NCBI RefSeq assembly: GCF_018350175.1
Contig: NC_058383.1
Span: 8,124,001 to 8,188,000, forward strand
DNA: 64,000 nt
Reading direction: 5' to 3'
From: Felis catus
Lineage: Eukaryota
Shown one piece after another: positions 36,931-50,399 of this stretch (positions within the stretch are counted from its first letter, which is position 1; each line of letters starts with the position of its first letter). A program made the position numbers and the translations under genes. The notes under the pieces were generated by a model that searched no databases, was not told where the DNA came from, and was given only the letters and a program-made list of their open reading frames with translations.

Positions 36931-39900
36931 ATGGGGCAACTGGGGGTGGGGCGGGGAAGTCAGCATTTACTAAGTATATCACATTGAAGCATCAATCACA
37001 TCAAAGGAGGGGGTTAAACCTTTTGTTTCATCCACCCCTGAGCTTCCATTCTTTTCTCTGATTATGTCAGCAATTGTTTTTGTCTTTAGTAACGTATTTT
37101 CCTACCTAATAGTACCGTTGCTTTTATATGCTTGGCTTATAATTCTACTAGGCATTCAGTACACTTCTGCTAAATGAATGAAGTAACACAGCAGACAAAC
37201 ACCAGGGTTGGCCTGGTTTTGGCCCCCGGTGGGGAGGATCCCTGCGGTACACAGGCTTAGTGGCACAACGAGGCTTAGCGGCACAATCTGCCGGTCACAA
37301 ATTCGAATGTCATCGCGACACATCCGTGTTGGGGCCCCATTTATTCGATGACCTTCCATAGGCCACACCTCTACTACTGATGATCTGGAGATGCCAAACG
37401 GATGACTTCTTCAAGTTCTGAACGTCTGAGGAGGACGCCCCTTTATCTTTCTTGTGTATCTGAAACTGGAAATCGAAAGAGGAAGGCCTAGAGTTCTTGA
37501 GTTCAACTTCTTCTTGAATTCAGCTTCCCTTTCATAAGGGAAGGAAGGACCATACATTTTCTTGTGGTGTGTTGAAGAAGCACACCCCGGCCCCAGCCCC
37601 ACGGCTCGATCAGAGTTGGGGCAGAAGAAAGTTTCATCTAGTTCTTAGCAGCCCACTGCTTCCCTCCTCTCAAGCTAACTCACATGATCCCCAGATGAAG
37701 CTCCAATGTTTCCTAAAGACATCCTTGCCTCTCACTATCTTTACTCTGCAACTGAGCAGAAGAGATTCAGGCCTTGTGCATTTCTGGCTCCTAGCTTTGC
37801 CGAGAAGACAGGAAGAAATGGTGGAGAAAAAGGGACAGGTGAAGAGACAGAGTGAAGAGCGTGGGGGGCAGGGGGGCAGCGCCCGCACACAGGGAAGGGC
37901 CACAATTCAGGCCACCTTGTTCCTCAGAGGATCTAAAATGCCAGTAGGGCTGGCAGGAGGGTTCGCTAAAATGCCTAGTTTCCCCCCAGTTTAGTTCCAG
38001 TTGCCATAAGCCCCTCCCAGCTAGTACTTGGCACTTAGAAAATCCTGCTGTGCACCCTGGCCTCCTGCAGAAGTGGTCTGGCCCACTGCCATTTGCCCGT
38101 TCAAGCTCGCTGCTCCCTCCATGTGCTTTCCATGGCTTTCTGGCCCATGCTTAGGCTCTCCCTCTCTCCCTCCACTGAACTTGTTCATCCCCAAATTCAT
38201 CACTGAGCCCCATTTTAGAAGAAGACTCATCGCCATGTATCTAGATCTTTCCTGAGTCTATCTTTCCTCATTTGTGTCCAACAGGCCCTGGGATTTGGGA
38301 CTAAGTGCTAGAATTGCTCTATAGGCTGTGAGAAACCTTGACCTGTATTTCCTACCATGTAAGTACGTTTTCCACTGGCTAAGTTTGGGGTGGGTTTCCA
38401 TTTGGATCTAAACCAAGAACCGTGGTGCTCAAAGGAGTCGATGACGGGCGGGTTCAGAAGACTGCTATACTGGTTAAGAATGCCTTAGTTCCAAATAGCA
38501 GAAATCTTCTTAGAAAATAAGGGCACTTAATTAATATATCAATAAGACTGGAAGTCGGTGGTTCCAGGATAGGTATAGTGGCTCAACGATATCATCAAGG
38601 ACCCAGGCTCTTTTTGTCTGTCTGTTAGGCCAACCTTGGTATGTTGGCTTTTTCCTTTGGTCTGGTTGCCTCGGGGTCTCAAGATGGCGGCTACAGTCCT
38701 AAGTATCATGTCCTCTGACATCCATGTTCAAGGCAGGAAGGAGGGACAGGCCTCTTCACCATCCTCCCTTTAATCAAAAGGCAAATTTCTTCCCAGAAGG
38801 TCCTCAAGCCATTTCCTCATAATTTTTATTCGCAGAACTAAGTCACATGCCCACCTCAAAGCCACCTGACAGCCAAGGGAGTAAGTAATGGGCTTGCTGC
38901 CATAACACACACGGCCAGGCAGGGCCTGGGGACCAGAAGGCACTGGGGTGCCCTGGGGCTGGCTTCCTCCTCGGCCTCTCACAGGTCTCGGCTCTGCTCT
39001 GGCCAGTCCCTCCTTTCTCCCCTCACCAGTAACAGGCTCGTGGTTCCCTCCACGCTCAGTACGTTCTCTTGTGTCACAGCCTGTTTCTCTTCTATGTCCC
39101 GAGTTTCTTCTTCAGTTTAATCCTGGCCAGCACATGGGTCCATCCAGGCCCTACTGGTCCTCACGACATCCTGTCACACACTGTGACGATACTGTCTGAT
39201 TTTTTGGTGCCAATGGCCCCAAAGGGGAATCTGATTGGTCTAACTGGCATTCCTCGAAATTTTGAGCCAGCCAGGGGACTTCGAATGTCATTGGCCAGCC
39301 TCTACTGGGTCCTGGTCCGATGACCTGTGGGGGGGAGGGGCGAGGAGGCAGGGTCATGTGATACAACACAGCCCCGAGGCAGCAGCGCCCCTGCAGAAGG
39401 GACGAGGGGCAAGGCCGGTTCGGTGGCACCAAAGGGTGTGTGGATCGCGGGTTTGTGGAGCCCGGAGCAACGCTGTGCGAAGATTCAGTCACTCTGTGAA
39501 GAGAGAGGCCACAAGGGAGAACACGGAAGCCCCGGACACAAGAGTGAAAAGGCCATTTTGGACATTTTGGCCCCACTCCGGTGGATGCCACACGAAGAGG
39601 AGGAATCCAGCTGGCAGACAGAACCAAGGTCCCCGAACTCGGGCCACAGTCCGGCCACCTTAGCCAAATGCAGCCACCTGGGCCGCTCCAGCTGAGGCCC
39701 AGACACGGCTGCGCAGACCTAACTCGTTCCTGCTCTAGAGGCTCGGCCTGCTTCCCTGACTCGCAGCATCGAGAGCAGAATCATAGATTCTTGTGTCTGC
39801 GTGACTTGAGTGTCTCCCCAAATCCCCAAAGCAGAAATTCCAGTGACTGCCGGCAGGAAGTGGGAGGTCTCTCACGAACGTGGCCGTCACCGGCATCGGG

Positions 39901-42283
39901 AGGTTCAGTACCTACTAGACTTGGTCTCTTAGAGGCCATTTTCTGGCTCTGACAGGCTGCAGAAGGGATTGTGGACGGAGGGTCGCTTCGATGCGGCCAC
40001 ACAACAGGGGCAGAAAGCGGGCTGGCGATTCCAGTGACGCAAGGAACAATCCCACAACGGGCCACATAGAACCTTCAGGCACTGAGGGGCAGACCCGGAT
40101 TTGAGCCTCTGCCCCTCCACTTAGCAGCTGCGTGCTGTTGGGTGAATTATTTAACCTAAGTTCCTTTCTTCATTCTAGCGCCAGGACAGGAACATCCTAT
40201 TTCCCAGGGCTGTTGGGGGGTCACGAGAGACATTGTGCCTGAAGCCCTTGGCAGTGCGGGCACTAGATGCAGGGTGGCCGCTGTTACCCTGAGAGCCTCA
40301 CGCTCGCGCCCAGTGTCTCCGAGGCCCAGTGAGGAGAACCGGCTGCTGAGCAAGCGACCAAGAGCCCGGCTTGGCCTTTCTGGAAGCGGGGCTCCATTGG
40401 TGTCCTCCACGGGGTGGGAGCAGCAGGGAAACGGGGGGCCTTTACGTATCATGAAGCCCTTTATGGCTTTCTTTCTAGACCTGGTTTCTCGAGCGTTTTC
40501 TAGAAGCCTCTGGAGCAGCTTCACCAGTTCCCCGGGGGCACTGAGCTTAGAGTCACCTGCCCCTCCAGCGTCCTGCACCCCCAATGCCTTCACTTGATTA
40601 GCCATTTCCATCCCTTCTACCTGCCTGCATGAATTTCTATCCAGTCGAGCGCTGGGATGGTCATCAGGGGAGTAATTTGAGAGAGTACTCCAGAGACCCA
40701 CTGGAAATCTGGAAATGACATTCCAGCTCCAAGCTTCCAAGCCTGGAGACCCCTGGCGGTGGCTGCGCTCCCGCCCCGGGACAATCGCGTGAGCGCAAAG
40801 GTCCCTGGCAACAGATAGAGGGGTGGCCGGCAAGGGCCCTCCCTTTCTTTTTCTTTCTCTCCTTAACCCTCAGTGGCGTGCTCACATCTCCACCGGCTGT
40901 GGGGTCCAGCAGTTTAGAAGCAGCCCGGGCTCCCAGGAGATGCGGGTTCCACGAGCACGGCCAGCATCTGGGACTAGCTCTTACGATCTGGCCAACAACA
41001 TTTCTAACGTACTAGCTTTAAACGAAAGCAGAAGAGAGCTCCGAGGCTATACGAAACCCTGCATGTGCACACAGGGTTTGTCCCTCGTCCACGGGGGAGG
41101 CAGGGACTCTGCAGCTAACGAAAGAAAAGGGGCGCTGGGTGCGTCCTGTGCTTGGGACCCAGGCCTTCGCCATATGCCAAGGGGAGGAGGCACTCGTTGG
41201 GGGTTGGGGGACTCGGAGGAGGGGGTACTTCAGGACGGTCACTAACATCCGTTCTGTTACCTTCACGAACTCCCTGGCTGCCGGTAACTACGGGAGCACC
41301 TGCCCGCTCCACGCCAGGTGAAGCCTTACTACGTGCCAGGTGCTAAGCCAGGCACTGTGAACACAGAGCTGCTTCAGACATAGGCCTTGCCCTCAAAGAG
41401 CTACAAGTTCATATTGAGAGCTGGTCCCTACGCCTGCCGTACTCAACCAGGACACTGCGCGGGCGGCTTCACGACCATACCCGTTTCTTGCTTGTTCCCT
41501 GCCTCCCCCTCCCAACGGCACGCCCAGGCAGCGGCAGAGGCAACGGGGATGAAGCAACGGCCAGCTTCTGGGTATCGGGGCGAATGTGGCAAGGCTGCCT
41601 GGGGTTGGGGGGGCGGGGGGAAGGGGTGGCAGCAAGGACGAGGTCACCTTCCTCCTGCACGAGCCGGCCACCGTCCCAGAGAAGGCAGGCCACGTCTTCA
41701 GTCACAGGTGTGCCTCCACCCACGACCTCGCTGAGCGGCGAGCCCGTCCTCTTGGACCGTAGCGTCCACAGCCACAGCCAGTCTCCACCCCAAGTCCTGC
41801 GGTGCTCAGAGGAGCCACGGAGAATACCAAGGACGAGACGCGGTTCTTCCTCACACAGCTTCCTTTAAGTCTGTTTGAGAAGGAGAAGGCCTAGAAAGGT
41901 CACGAAGGCCTAGAACACTGCGTGAGTGCTGGCTAGGGCGTTTTGTGGGCCGTGAATTCTTATGGAAGCACGGAGCGGGGAGTCTAACTGCAGGCCTGCA
42001 GAGTCCCGGGAGGGCTTCAGGGAAGAGGTGGGCTTTGGGCGAGGACAGGAGGGTGGGCAAATTCAGAGCACTGGGAGGCCTGCACTCCGGGGGGACCTGT
42101 GACATGGGTCGTGACCACGGGCGCTCAGAATGCAGCTGGCCCATCACCCCCTCGCGAAAGAAAGGCTTCAAGCCGCAGCGCCTTCTCTCGCTCAGCCATC
42201 ACCAGAGGAGACAGCCAGAGGCCGGGAGGTTGGTGCAGTCACAGAGCTTTGTTTCTTGGAAATGGGGACCTTGGTGTTTTGTT

Positions 42284-42311
42284 GTTTTTTTTTTTTAAGT
42301 TTATTTATCTT

Positions 42312-42343
<32 letters not shown>

Positions 42344-42501
42344 ACAAGCGGGGGAGGGGCAGAGAGAGAGGGGGAGAGAAGCCCAAGCAGCTCCCTGCTG
42401 TCAGCACGGACTCAACACGGGGCTCTCACACAACCGTGAGCTCATGACCTGAGCTGAAACCAAGAGTCAGACGCTTAACCGACTGAGCCACCCGGGTGCC
42501 C
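42284..42501 (-). mobile_element. Can-SINE
   Basis: Reverse SINE body; ggaaatggggac repeated on both sides. Confidence 0.85.
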
Positions 42502-42555
42502 GCCCCATGGAAATGGGGACTTGTGACAGTTTCATTTCCTATGGTGTCATCACAG

Positions 42556-43458
42556 TATGAGGCCAGGACTGAGGACATCCTGTCGACTTCAACACTCAGC
42601 CTTCCTGCCACAGCAGAACCACGGGGCCACCCTCGAAGGGGGTGCTGCCGCTCCCGAGAGGCTTTACGCTGATAAAGGCATTGCTTTGGGAAACCACGAA
42701 GCCCAAACCTCGCTCTGCTGGGAGGATACGCGTGGCCGCGCATCTGGGCAGGATTCTGGCAGGATGTCAAAGAATTCGTACAGAGGAAATCTCTGACTAT
42801 TATTATGAATAAGAGAAAATTTCCATTCGTTTCCTAATCCATCCCACAGAGAGTCTCTGTGAATGGCAGCCACGGAGGAAAACCCTCAGGAGGAGGCGAG
42901 CAGCTCTCAGAGACGAGAAAGTCACAGGGGAGGGGCGCGCGGGACACATAGAGCCCAAGCCACGTCAGGCCAACCTCCCGAGTGTCACGCGGGAGAAACT
43001 GGCCTCTGCGAGCAGAGGAGCGATGCTCTGAGAAAGCACAGACCTCGCCCTACAGCAGATGAGCCCTTCAGGAGCAAAATCTTTCAAATGCAGTGAATCG
43101 AGGGCCATGATCATCTGAGGAGAAGTCAGCCTTTCTTCATCCCCCTAAGATCCTGGCTGGCGCTCCTCGGAATGAGGGAGCTCACAGGGGCCCACAGGGG
43201 GCTGCCGCACAAAAAATGTTCATATCAGAGAAAAGCACCATGAAAGGAATCTAGAGGGACGCCTGGGGGGGGGGTTCAGTTGGTTAAGCGTCCAACTTCG
43301 GCTCATGTCATGATCTCGAGGTCCGTGAGTTCGAGCCCCGAGTCGGGCTCTGTGCTGGCAGCTCAGAGCCTGGAGCCTGCGTCAGACTCTGTGTCTCCCT
43401 CCCTCTCTCTCTGCCTCTTCCCCGCTTGTGCTTTCTCCAAAATAAATAAATAAACATT

Positions 43459-43508
<50 letters not shown>

Positions 43509-43635
43509 GAAAGAAGGAAGGAAGGAAGGAAGGAAGGAAGGAACCTAGAGAAGGATTTGGCTGGAACTTGAACTTTTAGCCCCAGCGGTGGGCCCACAGA
43601 CCATCTATCTGTAAGGAATGCAGACACCTGTAGGA
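42556..43635 (+). pseudogene. Second, more decayed C2H2 zinc-finger terminal exon
   Basis: CACAG acceptor then YEARTEDILSTSTLSLPATAEPRG (linker-like); SGAKSFKCSE ~43068-43097; VHIREKHHE ~43218; ICKECR ~43607 after the SINE insertion. Confidence 0.55.
43256..43542 (+). mobile_element. Can-SINE with (AAAG)n(AAGG)n tail
   Basis: SINE body followed by a compound microsatellite at 43459-43542; near-TSD gaatctagag/gaacctagag. Confidence 0.88.
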
Positions 43636-45506
43636 CTGTTTGCTCAGGGTCAGTCGCGCATGTGTCGTCCTTGGGGTCCACAACGCTGAGCAGAAGAGAA
43701 GAACCAGGGCTCTGGGGCTCCGTGTTTCTCCTTTCCACATGGCTGCGACGTTTCCTCACCGCCCCTCCTCCTTCCTGGCCATTCAGTCAAGGGTGGTGCC
43801 ACCTTTTCTGTTCTTGCCGTGGCCTCATGAGGGTGTGGCTGGCAGCCTGCCTTCACATAAGCCCCACCTGTCCCTGGTGTCATCCGGCAGGCAGGAGGCC
43901 ACTCGTCCACTGGTGACTATCGTCACATGTACCACCACCGGTGAATGCGTCCCAGAGGCGCTGCTGTGACTGGTTCACTCGTCCCTCCACCCGTCCAGCC
44001 ACACCACAGGCATCCTGTCTGTGCTGCGCCTGGTGCTATTACCCGTGCTGGGGATAAAGGACACGGGACGGGGAGGGGTCAGTGACAAGCCGTGTGGGTG
44101 ACCGTGGGGAAAGGAGAAGGGAATCGGGAAAAGGGTAGTGCCTCGGAGATAGCGGGGTGGGGGGGGGTGCCTCGGGAGACGGAGGCACAGGTCTGACTTC
44201 GTGACTGCCGGCCGCCGGCCAGGCTAGCATTCGACTTCTCGGAGCAGCCCTGCAAGCCCAGTACCGTCAGCACCACCTTGTAAATAAGGAAAATGAGGCA
44301 CGGGCACAGCCGGGAAGTGGCAGAGCCGGGTCTGACACCAGGGGTGTCCTGCTCCTCGCGCCTGTCTCCCCGCCGCCACGGGCAGTCAGCTGCCCTTCGG
44401 CACTGCATCTTCCTCGGACTGCGTTTCCACAGACACAGGGGACCGGAGCGGTACCTGGTGACCTGGGGGGAGGGGGACGGAAGGAGGGACGAGGACTGGC
44501 GTCTGCAGACTCTACTTCAGGGAACAGGGAAAGGCACACTCGCTCACTCCTTCATCCATCCAGCGAACTCGTACGGAGCCCCACGGAGCCCCAGGCGCCG
44601 GGGATGCCAGTGAGCAAGACGGACGTGGCCCCGGCCCTCACGTTGCTTCCGTTGGTTCTAGGGGGCGGTGGACGATCCAGCACGCTGTGGGTTTGGGAAG
44701 GGAAGCACGCGGAAGCACAGAGGAGAATCGCGTAGCCCAGACTCGCAGGGCCGAGAGCGACTTCTGGGAAGAAGCAACGGGCCGGCCAAGACCCGAAAGA
44801 GGAAGCATCAGCCTGGGGTGCAGAGAGGAACACGCGGGAAGGTGTGCCGTGCGATGGAGCAGAGGCAGAGGGGCGCGAAGGCCGCCAGCGTAGTGTGTGC
44901 GAGCCGCCAGCGCGGGGGGACCGAGGACGATGGGAAACCGTGAAGGGGGGTAAGCGTGGAGATGACCCCAGGAGGCTGGTGGTTCACCCCTTTCCTGGGC
45001 AGCCCCAGGCTGCGACAGTGAGGAGAGAGCTGTCCGAGGATTCCGAGGATTCGGGCAGATGTGGCGAAACAGTGACTTCTGTCCTTCTGCCCCTCGTGGA
45101 CCAAGAAGGTTTCCAAGAGATGCAGTGCTCAGTAGGAGCCATAAATCGAGGACTGACTGCGGTGCCTTCGACAGGAGCCGGCAGCTGCCAGCTCTGGACC
45201 CGAGCAGAAAGCACAGGACGTGCATGAGCAAACACCCCCCTCCTGTGGCCGAGAGAGGTATTGCCATCGTCCTGCCTTGGTTCCCACCCTGAAAGGCAGG
45301 TAAGGTGAAGTCCCAGAAGCAGGTAGCTGTGGCCCCCAGGAGGTTCCCTGCCTGTTTTTCGCCCTTTTTTTTAGAGAAATCTGAATACTGGACAAAATGT
45401 GTATGGAGGCTTAGAAACAAATGCTGCAAGGGCAGTCAATGTTACAGATGACTAATTTTCTTCTTTTCTTCATTTTGTTCAGATGTATTTAACATCTTCT
45501 GTCACA

Positions 45507-45712
45507 GGGGCGCCTGGGTGGCTGTCGGTTAAGTGTCCAACTTCAGCTCAGGTCATGATCTCACGGCTCAAGCGCCGCGTCGGGCTCTGTGCTGACAGCT
45601 CAGAGCCTGAAGCCTGTTTCAGATTCTGTGTCTCCCTCTCTCTCTGCCCCTCCCCTACGCTTGCTCTCTCTCTCTCAAAAATAAATAAAGATTAAAAAAA
45701 TAAAAATAAAAA
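45507..45712 (+). mobile_element. Can-SINE
   Basis: Typical SINE body. Confidence 0.88.
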
Positions 45713-45799
45713 GTTCTGTTACAGACATGTATTACTTTCGTTGAGAAGAGAGTAAGTGTGTTATCACTTTTTTGAAAAGGCAGAAGGACAGAAAAGAGA

Positions 45800-46370
45800 A
45801 AAGTGGCCCAAGAGGGGGCTGAAGTGGAGACTGGGTGGCCGAGGTGACAGCGGAGCGGCTGGGTGACAAGCCGCTGCCCAGGCCAGCTCCCTGTGCCCTT
45901 CCACGCCCGGGGAGCACTAACCCGGCCGGCTGCAGGGCCACACCGAAGCCCGTGTTTGGGGACGGGGCCTCCTGAAGGAGTGGCCGACTTGGAGTGGTCC
46001 AGGGTCCTCTCCCGTGCGGGCTGATGCCGACTGAGGGCTGGGTCTGCCCAGAAACTGTGGCCACGCATGTTCCATGTATGGGGTCTCTGCACAACATTTC
46101 TGACTCGGAACAAGGCACTCACCTGGCCTGCAGTGTGGGTCACTTTTGTCACTGTCATGGCTGCTGCTTCTCTCTCCTGCTTGAAATTCTTTTTTGGGGC
46201 GGGGCAGCTGCTTGGCCTCCCATCTGAAGGTTCCCTAATGCTGGTCTAAGGTACTGGAACATTCCGAGGTGTCTCCCAGCTCTGGTACCTGTGAAGTCAC
46301 CTGTGGGTTCTGCTTTCAGCAAGTTCCCGACATGAACTGAACGCCTCGTCCTTACTCCTCGGGCCACCGT
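45800..46370 (-). pseudogene. SCAN-ZNF pseudogene, terminal zinc-finger exon remnant
   Basis: TTACAG acceptor then (D)GGPRSKDEAFSSCRELAES; later QRPHTWNMRGHSFWADPALSRHQ, a decayed ERPYxCxxCGKSF..SAL.RHQ finger. Confidence 0.65.
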
Positions 46371-46579
46371 CTGTAATTATCTGTGGAAAATCCAAATATT
46401 ACCTGTTTGCTCTGCAGAGAAAGGCCGTGGAAGTAAAACACACACCTGCCATGGGGGATGGATTGAATAAACGATGACATATGATACAGCAATGATAAAT
46501 AAAGTTATAGAAAATTACTGATCATCCATTTTTTTCTTCCAAATTTTTATTTAAATTCCAGTTAGTTAATGATCATATA

Positions 46580-46818
46580 TTTTTTTATATTTTAATTAAA
46601 AAAATTTTTTTAACGTTTATTTATTTTTGACAGTGAGAGAGACAGAGCATGAGTGGGGGAGGGGCAGAGAAAGAGAGAGGGAGACACAGAATCCAAAGCA
46701 GGCTCCAGGCTCCTAGCTGTCAGCACAGAGCCCGATGCGGGGCTCGAACCCACAAACCGTGAGATCATGACTTGAGCCAAAGTTGGATGCTCAACCGATG
46801 GAGCCACCCTGGGGCCCC
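46580..46818 (-). mobile_element. Can-SINE
   Basis: Reverse SINE body; short + SINE head follows at ~46847-46905. Confidence 0.85.
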
Positions 46819-47366
46819 AATCGTGTATTTTTTAAAAAGGTTATGAGGGGACCCTGGGGGGCTCAGTCAGTTAAGCGTCTTGACTTCGGCTCAGGTCATG
46901 ATCTCATCTGGAGACCCAGGGGCCTCTTGTACCACCGAGTGATGACCATTAGATGCCTGACCCTAGAAAGGTCCCGAGGGTCAGGGAGGAGTCGCTGGGG
47001 TGCCAAGGAGGCCGGGAGGTCACTTGGGGACACAGACCAGCAGCTGCTTACCAGCCACTCCACAAGCATCTCAATACCTGAACACCCCCCATCCATCCAT
47101 TCTGGTGGGCACCAGAGGAACGTCATGCGGGAGTCTGGCCTCCTCTAATACCGTGTCCCACGGATCCCAATGGTGACAGGAGACTCTAGAAGCTGTCCAG
47201 TGTGTCACTTATTTCAGTGTGGGAGCTTTTCAATCAAACCACACTTCCACAGGACGGGGCGTGATGTTCTCCTGACGTGGGCGTCCACGGACGTGTCCAA
47301 ATCTGTGAAGTCCCCTCTCCGTCCCTCCTGCTCAGGCAAAGATCAGGACGCGCGGCCGATCGAAAG

Positions 47367-47386
47367 CAGCAGCCCCCTAGCGGTGG
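47367..47386 (-). promoter_or_regulatory. Candidate CTCF site
   Basis: Minus strand CCACCGCTAGGGGGCTGC (core CCGCTAGGGGGC) with TGCAA upstream. Confidence 0.5.
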
Positions 47387-48055
47387 TATTTGGCTTTGCA
47401 ATGAGCACTTAACAGTCCGGGTACGAAACAACGTGCTGAGTTCTGAGAATTCGGGGCAAATGAACGGTGATGTCATGACTCTTCTCTGAAGTAAGGGACA
47501 GGAGTGCGTCCAGCCCCTCCACCCTCCCTGCTTCTCCTTCTGGCTGGGATGGATGCTTTGTTGGGTCGTTCTCTTTGATTCCCAACTGCCTGCCTTTCCC
47601 CAGAGCAGGCCTCCCTTCCATACACCCAGGGTGGCTGGATCTGCTGGGTTCCCTTCAAATGTTGAGTAGAGGTTACATGATGGAAAGAAGAAAGGTGCTA
47701 TTACCGTCAATAAAGGTCTCCATGAGCCATACCATGGAGTGCTGTGTAGCTAAAATGCTACCACACCAGAATTCAAAACAGCCCGATAGTGTGTCCGTCG
47801 TAACTCTTCAGGAAATGGAAGGCCACGCCGCTGTGGTTGGAGCACTGGGGGATGACCTGACATTCTCTGCTGTGCTCCAATGACCTCAGGACCTCGCTGA
47901 GTCCTGGAGTTGAGGTCTCATGCCAGGTGGATGATCACACTCAACTCCCAGCACAGGTCTGGACGCTGTGTGTTTTGTCCTGCTTTTCAACACAGGAGTG
48001 CCCAGGAAAAACATCAAAGACTCTGACCTGCTCCCCAGGGGATGCCGCCTCCTAC

Positions 48056-48187
48056 CACTGGCGCGGAGCTCCCAAGATCCACGTTCGAACTGGGGCTCAA
48101 GTGTGCTGATTCCCCTGCTGGGCGTGGGGGAGCCGTCTCCCCCTGGCAAACCTCCTGTCCTGGAGACCAGTAAGAACAGTGGGAGCT
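48056..48187 (-). pseudogene. SCAN-ZNF pseudogene, post-SCAN exon remnant
   Basis: CCTTTATTTCCTTTAG acceptor; PGQEVCQGETAPPRPAGES..(frameshift)LEPQFERGSWELRAS; GTAGG donor. Resembles the 'GQEVLWEE.APLG..QES..QLK.ESWE' exon of ZSCAN/ZKSCAN genes. Confidence 0.6.
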
Positions 48188-48264
48188 CTAAAGGAAATAA
48201 AGGTAGTGACTTGCTTTTCTTTTTTTTTAAGAGAATGTTTTGTTAGACCTTTTCCTCCAGGGTA

Positions 48265-48596
48265 TTTTTTAAAAATATTTTATTTAAGTAATCTCTACGC
48301 CCAACACGGGGCTTGAACTTACAACGCTGAGATCAAGAGTCACACGTTTTCCAACTGAGCCAGCCAGGCACCCCTCTTTTTAATTTTTTTAATGTTTATT
48401 TTTGAGAGAGAGAGACACACACATACAGAGCATGAATGGGGTAGGGGGAGAGAGAGGGAGACACAGAATCTGAAGCAGGCTCCAGGCTCCAAGCTGGCAG
48501 CACGGAGCCTGACATGGGGCTCAAACTCATTTACTGCAAGATCATGACCTGAGCCAAAGTCGGATACTTAACTGACTGAGCCACCCAGGCGCCCCC
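48265..48596 (-). mobile_element. Two tandem Can-SINEs
   Basis: Short type ~48265-48375 and full type ~48377-48596. Confidence 0.85.
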
Positions 48597-49219
48597 CAGA
48601 AGTTCCAGTTTTTCTGAATCCAACCTAACTTCTCCCCAGTGGCTTCTAGTTGAGCTGAGCAGTTCTCACTCAGGGTTTCTTACAAGGGTGAAGCTAAGGC
48701 GTCTGCTGGAATTTGGAGAATTTTCCAAACTTTGTATTTAGTTGTCTCCAGAGATAACAAGTTTTCTAAAAACAGTCTTTGCTGGCCTTTCAGCAAGAAG
48801 GTATACAGAAGGGATACGGTGAAGTTCTTCCTTTGAAGTTTCAAGAACACAGCGGCTAAGGAGCTCCGGGATTGGGCAGCTCAGCCAGAAATGTGAAACA
48901 TGCACGTGACTGTGTATTGTGATAGAAGAATATGTCTTTTAGTTTCCATAGAGAATGATTCGAATTTCAGTGGTTTAAATAATGACTTAAACGATGCACA
49001 TCTTGGTAAGAATGAGAATCAGAATGTCAGGAAAAACAAACAAACCTAGGAAATGATCCTATGTTTCATTCCATCAAGTGATTGAACTTGATCCTCAAAA
49101 GTACCAGGAAGAGAGAAGAGGGACACAGAGACACCGTGTAGGGTCAAAACAGATGTGGCCTTCATTTTCTTTGGAAGACCTACCCCTCCCTATCTTCAGA
49201 AGTTAGTTCTCTCTTCTAC

Positions 49220-49726
49220 CTGCTCGCCTGGGTCATTTTCTCACTGGAGCCCTCCACACGACTCCCACCTCCTCTTGGTCGCCCAGGGATGCCCTCCCCG
49301 CCCCAGCCCTACTGCCTCTGGGCAGAATGGCCAAGAACTGCTCAAGCACCAGCAGCTCCAGGATGGGCAACTTGCAGACTGTCCCTGTGTCCTCAGTCAC
49401 CGGCGGGGGCTCCTAGAGCCATCGCGGAATCGGGTGGGGTCCCGAGCCTCCGGGGTCTAGAACTCTCTGAAGTGCAGACAGGCCAGCTCCTGGCTGGGAG
49501 GCTGATTACCTGGCAGCATAGTCTTTCCCCTACGAGTGGTCCTCTGCTTCCACCTTCATGGTCAGAATTCTGTCCTGCTTCTGAAGGATCCCGAGGCACT
49601 GGGACACAGCCCCCAGTCACTGCTGTGGTCATTCTCGACTGGAGAAGTCCCCAAGGAGGCTCACTTGTGCCGTGGGAGGGTTCGTTTCAGACAAACTCTC
49701 CCTGAGCGTCTTACTTAAGAAACTTT
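49220..49726 (-). pseudogene. SCAN-ZNF pseudogene, SCAN-domain exon
   Basis: TGTGTTTCAG acceptor; ATG near 49630 (MTTAVTG); QKQDRILTMKVEAEDHS*GKD; QELACLHFREF*; intact ILELLVLEQFLAILP at 49364-49320; ends GAGCAG|GTAGAA. Multiple stops and frameshifts. Confidence 0.88.
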
Positions 49727-50399
49727 CTGAAACACAGTAGAATTAAATAAAACCCCTTGATTATGGTCCTTTTCAATATCACTACAGAGAATAAAACAGT
49801 ACGACACCCTCTCTAGTATTCCTCACCCAGATTTCATAGCTCTTTATTTTCTGCCATTCTTGTCTACCCTCGCTGGCCACACTGGGTGTCTTTCAAGCGA
49901 ATCTCAGACATCATTTAACTCCTAAAATCTGCAGTATGTATCTCTAAGACACTTTTCCTTTTTAAAGCATAACCCTAACAGCTGAACTTTTTAAACAGTG
50001 ACTCATATCGCCCATCAATGTTCACATTTCCCGGATTTTTAAAAATTGCACAATTGGTTGTTAGACCCATGATCCGAATAAAGTTTAGAGGTTGCATTTG
50101 GCTGATGAGTCTCATCTATAGGTCCACTTCCCTCTTTTTTTAAAAAAAAAATATTTTTTAATCTTGTAATTTGTTAAAAGAGTTTCTTTAGCTGCCTGTT
50201 CTTACAACGAAATGCCACTTAACAGACGTTTGGGCGCCAGTTCTGTGCCAGGTACGGCGCTCCGTGCTCGAAAGGGAAGCGTGAGCACACAGACAAGGGC
50301 CTGACCCTCGCTCTGGGGCAAATCGTGGACTCTCTCTGGGCTTCGGTCCCTCCTTCTCTAGCAGAAGAGACTGGACTAACTGCTCCCCCGAGGCCACGC

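Noticed and set aside
40446..40742. Minus-strand ORF segment GELVKLLQRLLENARETRSRK resembles the end of an MHC class I alpha-2 domain ([20 protein letters not shown]), within a phase-1/phase-1 exon-sized interval
   Set aside because: It lacks both conserved cysteines, the YDG motif and the tryptophans, and I found no convincing alpha-1 or alpha-3 exon nearby. The plus-strand reading as a ZKSCAN-like internal exon is at least as good. An HMMER search with Pfam MHC_I would settle it.
44638..45429. 263-aa minus-strand ORF, and a plus-strand exon-like segment ending in CAG|GTAAGG at ~45299
   Set aside because: No recognisable homology, and I could not link the donor to any gene model.
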